IMG/VR virus record: IMGVR_UViG_3300011862_000001
Coordinates: 64,001 to 128,000 of that record
Strand: one strand, 5' to 3'
DNA: 64,000 bases
Origin: a virus
Taxonomy: Duplodnaviria; Caudoviricetes
Below are positions 1 to 9,608 of this stretch, piece by piece. The position numbers were made by a program, and so were the translations under genes. The number at the start of each line of letters is the position of its first letter. Positions within the stretch are counted from its first letter, which is position 1. A model generated the notes under the pieces. That model was given only the letters and a program-made list of their open reading frames with translations. It was not told the DNA's origin and ran no database searches.

Positions 1-264
1 GAAGAGTTGCAGCTGTTAGTGAACTTACACAAAGCCGTACGCAGCGATAACTTTAGCGTCATCAAAACCCTTATCGATTACACGATAGAGGAGTTGGCGC
101 AGTTCTTCTCTACGGCAATTGTGGAAGAGTTCCAGGATGCGGTTACTCTGTTCACTCACCATCATCAACGACCGATATCCAACCTTGCGGTCAGCGTGGA
201 CTTTCCGAAGAGTCAATATAACATCATGGATATGAGACTGCTTATCCACATCCCGGAGGAATAA
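1..264 (+). CDS. hypothetical protein, 5'-truncated by window edge
   Basis: Frame is open from base 1; its stop overlaps the next ATG (TAATG at 262-266), typical of operon coupling. Confidence 0.6.
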   Translation, partial: EELQLLVNLHKAVRSDNFSVIKTLIDYTIEELAQFFSTAIVEEFQDAVTLFTHHHQRPISNLAVSVDFPKSQYNIMDMRLLIHIPEE

Positions 265-671
265 TGTATAACATCAAAACGATCCCAGACGGGGTCGTTG
301 TCAATATCGTCTACGACACGCCCATTCTGCTCTCGGAAACCCGGGTAGTGGTATTGGGTACGTGCGGCTATGAACTGGCCCGCAACTACGAAGACGTCAA
401 TGCCAAGCAAAAGAACATCTATTCAAGCCTGGTGGCTCAGCCGGAAGACAACACGGCCAAGTACACCTACTTGATGTTCAAAGATTCAAATGGCAAAGTG
501 CGTGTGGCAGCCGATGCCTGGATTCGCAACGTCAATATCATTAAGAACCTCAGCGTGCGCTTTGTCGTAACCGTTGATAACCGTGATGAGATTGACGAAA
601 TCACCAAAGCATTAGCAGCGCGCGGCATCGATAAGGTCAGTTACGACATTATCGACAACAGCGCCGGTTAA
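264..671 (+). CDS. conserved hypothetical jumbo-phage protein (135 aa)
   Basis: GGAGG RBS upstream, ATG overlaps previous stop, followed by a terminator. Confidence 0.8.
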   Translation: MYNIKTIPDGVVVNIVYDTPILLSETRVVVLGTCGYELARNYEDVNAKQKNIYSSLVAQPEDNTAKYTYLMFKDSNGKVRVAADAWIRNVNIIKNLSVRFVVTVDNRDEIDEITKALAARGIDKVSYDIIDNSAG

Positions 672-674
672 CCG

Positions 675-710
675 TATCCCGCTTCGGCGGGATATTTTTT
701 TTTTCTTTTT
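675..710 (+). terminator. intrinsic terminator
   Basis: TATCCCGC-TTCG-GCGGGATA stem-loop followed by a long T tract. Confidence 0.9.
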
Positions 711-760
711 CACGGGTGCCCCTAGTCTTATAGCAGAGAACCCACCGTTAGGAGTATCGC

Positions 761-3073
761 GTGGAATACAACGAACCGTTCCGATTATCGCTTGATGAAT
801 ACCATCGTGATATCGATATCCAGGATGCATACCTGGAACAATTAACGCTCTATATTTGGCATCAAACTGAACACAAATACACTCAGGAATATATTCGTAA
901 GCAAGTCGAAGAGATGTTTGCCGAGGGTGGTGAGCTGACCCACAGTTACCCAACGTGTAAATTGTGGGTGCGGAACCAAACCACCGGTGACCGCGAAGAG
1001 AAATACACTACCGTCGATAAATTATTTCGCACGGTAATCGATAAGCAGATTATTTCTGCACCTTCGCTGACCTTTTATTTACCGGAGCATGTCAAGCGTT
1101 CTAAGCTTGCCGAGTTCACCGCAGAAAACGTGCGTAAACGTGCCGTGGTGAAAAACGAGATGTACGCTGCGGCGGCTGCCGGTAACGAAGTCTTAAAGAT
1201 TAACAAGAAGAACGAACAGAACGCCGTAAAGACCCTGAACAACGGGATGTCTGGTGCGTTCTCATCACCGTACACCGTTATCTTCAACCAGTCTTCGCAC
1301 TCGGTGTTGACCTCGACGTGTCGTACGGCGACCTCGTTTGGTAACGCCGGTAACGAACGCTTGTTAGGCGGTTCTCGCCACTATGACTCGCCGTCTCGTG
1401 TTATCGACCACTTCTTGAGCATCGGTACCCTGACTGACTTCCAGGCGTTTAAAGCCTGTATTGAGCGCTACAACCTGCACATCCCAACCGTTGATGAAAC
1501 GATGGATGTTATCCACTACTCCGCTGACCTGTATTGGCGAACCGATGAAGGGGCAGAACGAGTACGTGAGTTTGTGGGACGTGTTTCCGATCTGGAACGT
1601 GCGGCATTCGTTTACATGGGAGACTTCTTCCATTTAGCGAAATACAACGACCAGTTCATGCGCGGTTTCATCGGGGCACTGATTTCCGAACAGATGGTGG
1701 AAGATTGCACTAACTGGACGGACGACGATTGGTCGGCTGCTGAGAAAACCATTGACGGTGACATGAAAATTGTTATCGCCCAGTTCCGTACCGATATCGT
1801 GCCGATGGGCAAATCGTTTAGTGACGTCAAGCTCAAAGACGAGAACACCAAGAAAGCGCTGCCCTGGCACACGCAGGACAAATACAAAGAGCTTATCCGC
1901 TCGGCGGTATTCTTGCAGCGCACCATCGGTGAGTACGCGTGTTTGATTCGTAATATCCTGACCACCAAAAACCTGCCGATTAACATTGCGCGTATGCCAG
2001 ATGTGGTTCGTCGGGTGGGTGTGGTATCGGATACTGACTCCACGATGATGACCGCACAGTGGTGGGCACAGTGGTATTGTGGTAAGCATTACGGTCGTGA
2101 AGCGACCCGTGTGTCGGATGCAATGATTTACATTGCCACCCAGCACCTGCGTCACCTGATGGCCAGTATGTCTGCCAACATCGGTGTAGCGAAAGAGCGT
2201 ATCTTCCTGTACGCCATGAAGAACGAGTATAAGTTTGACTCGTTTGCGCTGACCACCAAAGCCAAACACTACTTCTCGATTATTACCGGACAGGAAGGCC
2301 AGCTTAAGAAAGACCCAGAGCTGGAAGTAAAAGGGGTATCCTTGCGTACCTCGAACATTCCGCCGGTTATCATGAAAGAGTTCAAGAAAACCATTCGTCA
2401 GCTGTGTATCTCGGTGGCCTCTGGTGAGAAAATCGAAATCGTACCGTTGCTTGAGAAAATCGCCGCGATTGAACAAAACGTGGTCGATTCATTGCGTGCG
2501 GGTAATGCGGGTTATCTAAAAACGACCAACATTAAATCACGCGATGCCTACAAGGAAAAGGACGAGAAGAACTATCACTACCACCGCATGTATAACACTA
2601 TCTTTGGGCCGAAGTATGGTTACGTGGAAGAGCCGCCGTATGACGCTGTGAAACTTCCTGTCAACCTGCAAACCAAAACGGCGATTCGTGATTGGCTGAA
2701 AACCATCGACGATCCGATTATCCGTAATGGTGCTGAGCGCTGGTTTGAAGAAACCAACTTCCGCTGTTATCGTACCTTGATTCTGCCAGAGTATCTGGTA
2801 GAGAACCACGGTATCCCACAGGAGTTGATTAATGCAGCCGACGTTCGACGCACTGCCTTTGCAACTGTTGAGCCGTACTATCATGTCCTGGAATGCCTGG
2901 GTGTGTTTATGATGGACAAGAACCGTACGCGGTTGCTTTCCGATTATTACGGCGAATCGTTGGATGTTGAGGAAGTGTTACCGGAACTCAAAGATGTCCG
3001 TTACGTACCGAAAGCGGAACGTGAAGAAGAGGAAGAGGAGGACGAGGATGAAGACGAAGCCAGTGCAGACTAA
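761..3073 (+). CDS. family-B DNA polymerase, polymerase-domain half (phiKZ gp50-like)
   Basis: PolB motif B-like QNAVKTLNNGMSG and motif C SDTDS, KHY...KGV; lacks exonuclease motifs and motif A (these are in 32590-34368); AGGAG RBS before GTG; acidic C-terminal tail. Confidence 0.9.
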   Translation: MEYNEPFRLSLDEYHRDIDIQDAYLEQLTLYIWHQTEHKYTQEYIRKQVEEMFAEGGELTHSYPTCKLWVRNQTTGDREEKYTTVDKLFRTVIDKQIISAPSLTFYLPEHVKRSKLAEFTAENVRKRAVVKNEMYAAAAAGNEVLKINKKNEQNAVKTLNNGMSGAFSSPYTVIFNQSSHSVLTSTCRTATSFGNAGNERLLGGSRHYDSPSRVIDHFLSIGTLTDFQAFKACIERYNLHIPTVDETMDVIHYSADLYWRTDEGAERVREFVGRVSDLERAAFVYMGDFFHLAKYNDQFMRGFIGALISEQMVEDCTNWTDDDWSAAEKTIDGDMKIVIAQFRTDIVPMGKSFSDVKLKDENTKKALPWHTQDKYKELIRSAVFLQRTIGEYACLIRNILTTKNLPINIARMPDVVRRVGVVSDTDSTMMTAQWWAQWYCGKHYGREATRVSDAMIYIATQHLRHLMASMSANIGVAKERIFLYAMKNEYKFDSFALTTKAKHYFSIITGQEGQLKKDPELEVKGVSLRTSNIPPVIMKEFKKTIRQLCISVASGEKIEIVPLLEKIAAIEQNVVDSLRAGNAGYLKTTNIKSRDAYKEKDEKNYHYHRMYNTIFGPKYGYVEEPPYDAVKLPVNLQTKTAIRDWLKTIDDPIIRNGAERWFEETNFRCYRTLILPEYLVENHGIPQELINAADVRRTAFATVEPYYHVLECLGVFMMDKNRTRLLSDYYGESLDVEEVLPELKDVRYVPKAEREEEEEEDEDEDEASAD

Positions 3074-3129
3074 CGAATTATCCACTGTGATTCACAAAGC
3101 GGTGGGTGAATGGACACAGGAGAAATGTA

Positions 3130-3312
3130 ATGGCGTATCGTGATCCAAAGAAAGCCGTCGATATGCTGCGTGAAATCTTAACCGACTTACAAGAGCGTGG
3201 TTGTGAGAACATCTGTCAACTCTCTGGCGGGGAAACGATTCACGTTACGGCGTACGATCCGAAGAAGAAGCGCAACGTCAATGTGATAGGAAAGCCGTAT
3301 GCAAACGGATGA
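3130..3312 (+). CDS. small hypothetical protein (60 aa)
   Basis: AGGAGA RBS before ATG 3130; followed by a hairpin. Confidence 0.6.
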   Translation: MAYRDPKKAVDMLREILTDLQERGCENICQLSGGETIHVTAYDPKKKRNVNVIGKPYANG

Positions 3313-3361
3313 GAGTATCGGTCATGTGTGTAAGGCGCTGAATGTCGCGTTCTACCAACGC

Positions 3362-3400
3362 AAAAAATAAAAAGGGTTCTGCACACCGAAGTGTGCAGAA
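3362..3400 (-). terminator. intrinsic terminator (possibly bidirectional)
   Basis: TTCTGCACAC-CGAA-GTGTGCAGAA; UUCG loop and U-rich tail on the minus strand; lies between convergent genes. Confidence 0.8.
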
Positions 3401-3456
3401 TTATTTCCCTATTATATGTACACTGAATACAGTGTGCGAACAGGGAGACCTTTTTC

Positions 3457-4518
3457 CTAAATCTCGAACTGGTTTTGGAGCGGTAAAAATAAGGTAGACC
3501 GATAGTGGTTAAACACCGGCTTGGGTAACTTACCCAACACCTTACTGTCCAGAAGTCTCTCGAGGTCGACAGCCAGTTCCTTTTTGAACTTGCTCATGAC
3601 CCCGTTATCGTAACGGAAACAGTAATGTGCCCAAGACCAGTTCACCAGTTGAATTGGCCATGACCCTTGTATCGTGGTGCCCGCATCACGAAAGACAATG
3701 CGGTCAAGGGCAGTACGGTCTTCTCCCGGCAGATTGAAAAACTGCGGAATGTGGGCCAACACCACCCCCGGTAACGGATTGCCCGTTAGCAATATCTCGC
3801 GAATACGCTTGGCATTGCGAATGGCCATACCCTGCAACGGAGGAACCGGCAACACACGCATAGGCGCATCGTCTTCGATTTTCTGATCCCGAGCGACGGC
3901 CCGGTGAATATTAAGAAAAGCGATGTCCATATACGACGGTAGCATACGACTCACGACGTGACGTTGTACGTAAACCGGACTGGTAATCGGTTCGCGTTGG
4001 GTACGGTAGTAAAGCTCGGCTTTGACATACTGCCAGAGTAGTGCTACCAGGTTTACTTCAATAATGCTTACCCCGCGTGGTTTATCGTCACCGAGTTGCC
4101 AATTGAGATTGGTGTACTCGTGATACAGATAGCGTGCAGGGGTGTAATCGCGAAACGAGAGTTCGGGGTCGACAGGACGGGCAACAAGCATCACTATCTC
4201 GTCTTGTCCTTCGATGAACTCACCGTTAAACACTTGTCCAAACTCCCCAACAGATGTCAGGCGCATGGCATTGCCGATCCCGGCGAGCCGTCGGCGACAG
4301 GCCCACTCGATATCATCGTAGTCAGGGTCAGCCGCATAGCCTATCTGGGACAGGATCTTTAGGATGATGTGACCGGATGCTACACGAGTCTGGACCGAGT
4401 CAAAGTAGTTGCGAATACGTTGGTGGTTGTTTTTTACAGCAGCAGCTATTTGTATAGCAGAAGGGTCTGCGGTATGACCCTTTATGGCCACTTGCTTTAA
4501 TTCGGCTTGACTGAACAT
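3457..4518 (-). CDS. conserved jumbo-phage protein, probably virion-associated (phiKZ gp52-like by position)
   Basis: 353-aa ORF with CAGGAG RBS before ATG 4518; lies antisense between DNA polymerase and chimallin as in phiKZ-like genomes. Function from synteny only. Confidence 0.6.
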   Translation of the reverse strand: MFSQAELKQVAIKGHTADPSAIQIAAAVKNNHQRIRNYFDSVQTRVASGHIILKILSQIGYAADPDYDDIEWACRRRLAGIGNAMRLTSVGEFGQVFNGEFIEGQDEIVMLVARPVDPELSFRDYTPARYLYHEYTNLNWQLGDDKPRGVSIIEVNLVALLWQYVKAELYYRTQREPITSPVYVQRHVVSRMLPSYMDIAFLNIHRAVARDQKIEDDAPMRVLPVPPLQGMAIRNAKRIREILLTGNPLPGVVLAHIPQFFNLPGEDRTALDRIVFRDAGTTIQGSWPIQLVNWSWAHYCFRYDNGVMSKFKKELAVDLERLLDSKVLGKLPKPVFNHYRSTLFLPLQNQFEI

Positions 4519-4556
4519 GGCGGTCTCCTGTGTGATACATAGGAACGGCCACATTC

Positions 4557-4588
4557 AAAAAAATTACGGATGTATATTATCCATGTGA
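4557..4588 (+). promoter_or_regulatory. early (virion RNAP) promoter, copy 1 upstream of chimallin
   Basis: A-tract, then TATATTAT-N4-GTGA; resembles the phiKZ early consensus TATATTAC; same architecture at 6 other intergenic sites. Confidence 0.7.
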
Positions 4589-4649
4589 CAGTTCCGGCAT
4601 ATCTTGCTGTCCATGGTCGCGCTAAGCGACGGCTTAGTTGTATCCCATG

Positions 4650-4677
4650 AATTCTCAGTTAGATATTATCGCTGTGA
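4650..4677 (+). promoter_or_regulatory. early promoter, copy 2 upstream of chimallin
   Basis: GATATTAT-N4-GTGA at 4662-4677. Confidence 0.6.
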
Positions 4678-4718
4678 ACTCTACAATGTAATTCAACTTA
4701 TTTAAGGAATATTTAACC

Positions 4719-6521
4719 ATGGTTAAAGTCGTAGAAGAAAATCAAGGCACCCACACTACTCCTGGCGCAGAAGCACTGAACATGGCTTCCCCTGAACTGG
4801 GTACCATCAAACCGAAAGCAGATTCCGTGACGGACTTCTCGAACCTCTTTGACCGTGCGCTGGGTTGGGATTCCGCCAGCAGCATGGCCGCTGACTTCGT
4901 TCGCGTGCTGGGCGAGATTGCTGAGAAGAACCCGAAACTCAACCTGTTCAAATACGGCGTTGTGGAAGGCATTGCTGCTGAGATGGGTTCTGCTGCTTAT
5001 GTGGCAGGCGAAAACAACGGCAGCTGGCTGTACGGTGTACTGTTCTTTGAGAAAGGCCAGTCCATGCGTTTCCGCGAGCTGACCAACCGTCAGGAAGATT
5101 ACTTCACCCTGGTCGACCTGATTAACCGCAATGTGCTGGACCGTGTAGAAGAAGCCATTCGTGCCAACGGCATCGATAGCGCGAACTACATGGTAACCAA
5201 CACCGTGCCGGATATCTCCGATCATCGCATGACCCCTGAATGGGCACAGTCTCTGATGGGTCAGATGATGCTTGGCATCTTCGGCCGTATCCCGGGCAAA
5301 CTGGGCAAGATGGTACTGAGCAAAAACGACCGCTTCCAGGTCAACGTTGCTACGCCTGAAACCGGTATCGCGATGGATGATAACGGTCACCCGAGCCGTG
5401 CTGACTTCGCTGTGTATCTTGAGCACACCCCGGTGAGCCAAGACCAGGATAGCGCTACCCTGCTGGATAACACCTCCCATCAGGAATTCCCGCCTGTCCG
5501 TGCAGCAGGTTACACCAACCTGCGTTTCACTGGTCTGAAGCCGCCTAAAGATGGCGTACAGGATCTGAAACAGCTCCAGGGCGAAGTGGTCGTTTCCCTG
5601 ATTGACTCTCAGGCGAAAGGTTCTCGTGCACCGTACGAACGTCAGCTGGTAACTCTGGCAGCGTTTGCAGAAATCGCACAGAACGGCGGCTGGCGTGATA
5701 TGGTTATCAACACGCTGAACACCTCTGACCGTAAGTTCTCTGCACTGGCAGGGTACCTGGTCTGGGGCAACGACGGTGTACCGGATCTGTCCAAACTGGA
5801 TAAGAGCCGTGAGCACATCGACAATGCCCTGAAAGTGTTCGCACCGTCAGCAGCTGCGCTGGTAGTCAACCATCGTGCCGGTAACGGCGTCGGTGGCCTG
5901 TCTAACCTGCTGGCTGAAATCGGCGTGGGTAACCTGAACAGCCTGGCACAGTTGCTGAACATCTGTGATGCCATGTTCTATCAGAGCGGTAAAGACCTGT
6001 TCCGTAAACAACTGGCCACTGCGCTGGAAGTTACTGAACTGAAAACGTCTCACGTTGTTGCGGCGGCCGTACCTTCTATCGCTGGTGTTTACACCGGTGC
6101 TGGTACTAAGCGCACCACGCAGGATATGGACCTGATTTCTGTGACCACCTACCTGGGTGACAAACAGACTGACGTCATGCGTTATGTTCACGCCCAGTCC
6201 TACGCTAACCGTGAAATGCAGTCCAAACCGCAACGTATCTACCTGGCCAAACTGGCTACGGCTATGTACGGTTCTCGCAGCCTGCGCCTGACTGGCGAAT
6301 CGTTGGATATGGCAATCAACCCAACCTTCGCACGTCTGCTGCTGGAGAAAGTGAAAGAACGTGCTGGCTGGCAGGTTAACGGCGTTAACGCGTATAACGA
6401 AATCGACACCAACCTGTTCTACAACACGGGTGCACCGTCCCTCATCCTGAGCGGCAACGGCGCAACCGGTGGCCTGTCCGACTTCGGTCTGGGCATGACC
6501 ATCAGCGATTTCAACGTATAA
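4719..6521 (+). CDS. chmA: chimallin, major phage nuclear-shell protein (phiKZ gp54/PhuN-like)
   Basis: 600 aa; directly upstream of the nvRNAP beta' N gene (conserved Chimalliviridae synteny); strongly biased high-expression codons, tandem early promoters, own terminator. Confidence 0.82.
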   Translation: MVKVVEENQGTHTTPGAEALNMASPELGTIKPKADSVTDFSNLFDRALGWDSASSMAADFVRVLGEIAEKNPKLNLFKYGVVEGIAAEMGSAAYVAGENNGSWLYGVLFFEKGQSMRFRELTNRQEDYFTLVDLINRNVLDRVEEAIRANGIDSANYMVTNTVPDISDHRMTPEWAQSLMGQMMLGIFGRIPGKLGKMVLSKNDRFQVNVATPETGIAMDDNGHPSRADFAVYLEHTPVSQDQDSATLLDNTSHQEFPPVRAAGYTNLRFTGLKPPKDGVQDLKQLQGEVVVSLIDSQAKGSRAPYERQLVTLAAFAEIAQNGGWRDMVINTLNTSDRKFSALAGYLVWGNDGVPDLSKLDKSREHIDNALKVFAPSAAALVVNHRAGNGVGGLSNLLAEIGVGNLNSLAQLLNICDAMFYQSGKDLFRKQLATALEVTELKTSHVVAAAVPSIAGVYTGAGTKRTTQDMDLISVTTYLGDKQTDVMRYVHAQSYANREMQSKPQRIYLAKLATAMYGSRSLRLTGESLDMAINPTFARLLLEKVKERAGWQVNGVNAYNEIDTNLFYNTGAPSLILSGNGATGGLSDFGLGMTISDFNV

Positions 6522-6538
6522 TCGCGTAATAAAGGAAA

Positions 6539-6576
6539 GGGTGGGGGCGAAGGCTCTCACCCTCCCCTCTTTTTTT
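6539..6576 (+). terminator. intrinsic terminator after chimallin
   Basis: GGGTGGGGGC-GAAG-GCTCTCACCC stem (with G-U pairs) and T tract at 6570-6576. Confidence 0.7.
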
Positions 6577-6589
6577 GCCTGAGGTTCAA

Positions 6590-7960
6590 ATGCAGAAAGC
6601 ACCAAAGTTTTATGGAATTTCCGGGAGACTGGAAAGCCAGGACAAATATCTCCTTGACTTGAGGATTCAGGCTGCGGCGAATTCAACCAAACCGCCGACC
6701 ATCATCAACGACATCGCGATAGACGGTGACCCGATTAAGGTCGCTGAGCAAATTGACCTGTTGGTGCAGAACCGAATCGTAGGTGAACAATTAAACTCGA
6801 CACCCATCTGTGACATCATGTGCGAGAATCCGACAGCGCACCGCTATAACCTGGGTAAGATTTGCCCTTGTTGCGGGTACCGCGTTACGGAGAACCGTAT
6901 TGAGTCTGAGGTGTGGCTACGAGCACCTGACGAAATCGGCTACTTTATCAACCCGCGCTTCTGGGCGATGTTCAATGCCTTTTATAACACCAAGAAGACG
7001 CGTAAGTTTGATCGCAATAAACCGACCTCCACCTCGGGTTCGGATTTGTTGATGTGGTTTCTCGATCCCTATTACCGTCCCGATGAAGAAGACTCTAAAC
7101 GGGCAGTGATAGTCAAGCGCATCATGGAAGAACATGGTATCCGTCGTGGCATCAACTACTTTGTTGACCACCACAAAACCATCTTCTCGATCCTGACCAG
7201 TCCCGATGTGTGGCGTGAGATTTATGCGCCCCAGCGTAATAACTTGGCCGCCAGCGAAGTGCTGCGCAGTCAATGGGTAGAGTTCTTTAATACCCAAGGC
7301 TCGGAAATCTTTACCAAGCATTTGCCTATCATCTCCTCGAAACTTATCGTCTCGGAAGAAGGCAAGCGTGGCGTAATGATTGACCCCGTGTTCACGAGTG
7401 CTATTGATGCGGTGAAGAACGTCGCACAGTTGTACACCCGTAAGCGCAGTATCGAATCACGGTTTATGATTAGCCGCGCATTGAAAGCTAACCGTCAACT
7501 GGCCTATTTCTTTATCGACTTCCGTCGTGAGAACTTAGAACAGAAGCCGGGTGCTTATCGTGCGAAGGTGAGTTCTACCCATGTGTGTAACTCTGGTCGT
7601 GCGACGATATCGCCGATTGCTTCTCCACACGATGCCTGGAAGCTTAAAGCACCATGGCGTTGGTCCGTCGGGTTGCTGTCTGTGGATATTGAAGCGAAAC
7701 TCATGCAACGTGGCTATACGTCACGACAGTGTGAGCGCATTGTGGCGAAAGCAGCGATGCAATACGATCCGTTAGTCCATGAGATATTCAAAGAGTTGAT
7801 TGCCGAATCACCGGGCGGCTTAGGTATCCTTGTGCTACCTCTGCGTAACCCGACGCTGGTACAGCTGTCGATTCAGGCTCTGTGGATTGATGAAATCGTT
7901 ACGGATGTTAACCAGTGTTCTATCCGTATTTCGGACCGGGTTATCAAGATGGCAAACGCT
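6590..7960 (+). CDS. rpoC: non-virion RNA polymerase beta' N-terminal subunit, exon 1 (phiKZ gp55-like)
   Basis: Zn-binding CDIMC...CPCC, SGRATISP, LRNPTL, ends ...IKMANA, the first half of the catalytic NADFDGD motif; GAGG RBS before ATG 6590. Confidence 0.92.
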
Positions 7961-9372
7961 TCGACATTTATTCTGCTATTCCTTATTGTTTGGTTTTTAC
8001 TGGTAATAAGGAATGGGCTATGGAGATTTGCAAACTAAGTAGGAAACTGCGTAGCGATCTGGAACCTTCGTATTTGTTTCGTGGGTTTTATCGCCACCCT
8101 GAGCTGCGTGATGTGTTTGCGAATGCTCTTGGTGTTTGTGTTTCAAAAAGAAAGGTCATCCCTTTACCAGTCACCTTCCTGAAAAGTGGCTACTATGGTA
8201 TACGTGGATGTCGTGGCCGAACTCATTTGCACACAGTTATCGCAGAAACATTCTTAGATAGATATAATGTAAAGGATGAGGTTAATCATCGCGATGGTGT
8301 AAAAACCAATCCCAGTGTGGTTAATCTTGAGTGGGTAAGTCGCTCTAAAAATGTCACACATGCTTTCGAAAACGGTCTACGTGATGAAAACATCGAAGTT
8401 GATGTCAGGAATCTGGAAACTGGTGAGGTGGTAGCATGTCGTAGCATTATCGAAGCGGCAAAGGTTGTCGGTATAAATCAACACACAGTTTCAAGTTATC
8501 TAATGCGCGGCCTTCACCGGCAGTATACGCTGAAGGATGTCTATGAAATTAAATTGAAGTGTGAGGATTGGATCTTGACAAAGAATTCGATTGGTAAGAA
8601 TTCTGGTCCCGGCAACAAAGGTGTGGTCGTTAGAAGGATGGGAACTTCACAATACTTCCTGTTCAGTTCAGCGCCCGCCGCAGGAGAATACATTGGTTTG
8701 AAACCACACCTTCTATACTCCCACCTTTCTGGTGGTACCGTTGATTTGAAAAATCACGGATATGAGGCGTGGTATATGGTTGACATCGACGTCCCTATTA
8801 CAGAGATGGTAGACCTGAGAAAACCTAGACCTGCACCCCTAGTCCCAAGACGTGTCGCTCCAATGGTTCGCGTTTACGATAAGTTAAACGAGACGACCAC
8901 AATTTACAACTCATTACAAGAGTTCTGTACGTTGATTGGTAAAAAGAAAGAAACGGTCGGTAAAGCCGTATCAATCAAGGGCGAATACAAACATTATGTC
9001 ATTGCGTACATCTGACAGAATAAATGAGGCCCACCGGGCGAGAAATCCCCGGTGCGTATCTCCTTGAATTGCTGGGAATCCCTAAAGCTCATTTGCCCAT
9101 GTGGAGACGAAAGTCTGAAACAAGTAATGAGATGACCTATGCTAACCAATACGGCTAAGGGTTGTAATAATGGGTTATCTAGCAGCGAAGACCCGAATGG
9201 GTAACGTTCAACGACTAGAGCTGAAATGCTCGTAGGTTCTTAGATTAGAGCCGAAGTGGGGAGAGACCTAAGGGTAGAAATACCTATGGTTAAGATATAG
9301 TCTGTGTCCCAGTGAGAGCTGGGAAGGGTACCTTAGCGTACCTGCTCCAAAGGGAATGGAGTGGACAAGCAG
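7961..9372 (+). mobile_element. group I self-splicing intron (1412 nt) with HNH endonuclease in the P1 loop
   Basis: Exon ends in U (7960) and intron ends in G (9372); splicing restores NADFDGD in frame. P-like AATTGCTGGGAA (~9067), R GTTCAACGACTA (9206-9217), S AAGATATAGTCT (9292-9303); P7 GACTA/TAGTC; P1 7958-7975 pairs with 9016-9030 and puts a U-G pair at the splice site. Confidence 0.95.
8020..9015 (+). CDS. intron-encoded HNH homing endonuclease
   Basis: HTVIAETFL...VNHRDGVKTNPSVVNLEWVSRSKNVTHA (HNH_3 type), followed by repeated NUMOD1/IENR1-like HTH segments (e.g. SIIEAAKVVGI); AAGGA RBS; more AT-rich than its flanks. Confidence 0.92.
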   Translation: MEICKLSRKLRSDLEPSYLFRGFYRHPELRDVFANALGVCVSKRKVIPLPVTFLKSGYYGIRGCRGRTHLHTVIAETFLDRYNVKDEVNHRDGVKTNPSVVNLEWVSRSKNVTHAFENGLRDENIEVDVRNLETGEVVACRSIIEAAKVVGINQHTVSSYLMRGLHRQYTLKDVYEIKLKCEDWILTKNSIGKNSGPGNKGVVVRRMGTSQYFLFSSAPAAGEYIGLKPHLLYSHLSGGTVDLKNHGYEAWYMVDIDVPITEMVDLRKPRPAPLVPRRVAPMVRVYDKLNETTTIYNSLQEFCTLIGKKKETVGKAVSIKGEYKHYVIAYI

Positions 9373-9594
9373 GACTTCGATGGCGACCAGCTTATGGTGT
9401 ACCGCCCAACCGACCAGATCGAAATCGACCTGGCTCTGGCGTACCGTCCAGACAATGGCTTCATGTCATCCACCAACGTCAATCAGGTGGAACGTGGCAT
9501 GGTACTACACAGCGAGCTTATCAGCATGCAGAACCGGTTCCTTATTGAAGCCGATGAAGATGATGAGATAGGCGTAGCGCTTGAAGATCTATAA
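9373..9594 (+). CDS. rpoC: non-virion RNA polymerase beta' N-terminal subunit, exon 2
   Basis: Begins DFDGDQL immediately after the intron terminal G; in frame with exon 1 after splicing. Confidence 0.93.
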   Translation, partial: DFDGDQLMVYRPTDQIEIDLALAYRPDNGFMSSTNVNQVERGMVLHSELISMQNRFLIEADEDDEIGVALEDL

Positions 9595-9608
9595 CGCAGG
9601 AGAAACGT

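Noticed and set aside
4713-5816. 367-aa minus-strand ORF, and similar long antisense ORFs (17589-18704, 45329-46171, 46502-47932, 61748-62500)
   Set aside because: They mirror highly expressed genes with strong codon bias, have no RBS or motifs, and are best explained as shadow ORFs.
6575-8038. ORF as called (487 aa with a TM-like C-terminus), read as a membrane-anchored RNAP subunit
   Set aside because: The last 25 residues are intron read-through; the functional product needs splicing to 9373.
9361-9594. Stand-alone 77-aa gene starting at GTG 9361
   Set aside because: It is exon 2 of the beta' gene; the first four codons belong to the intron 3' end.
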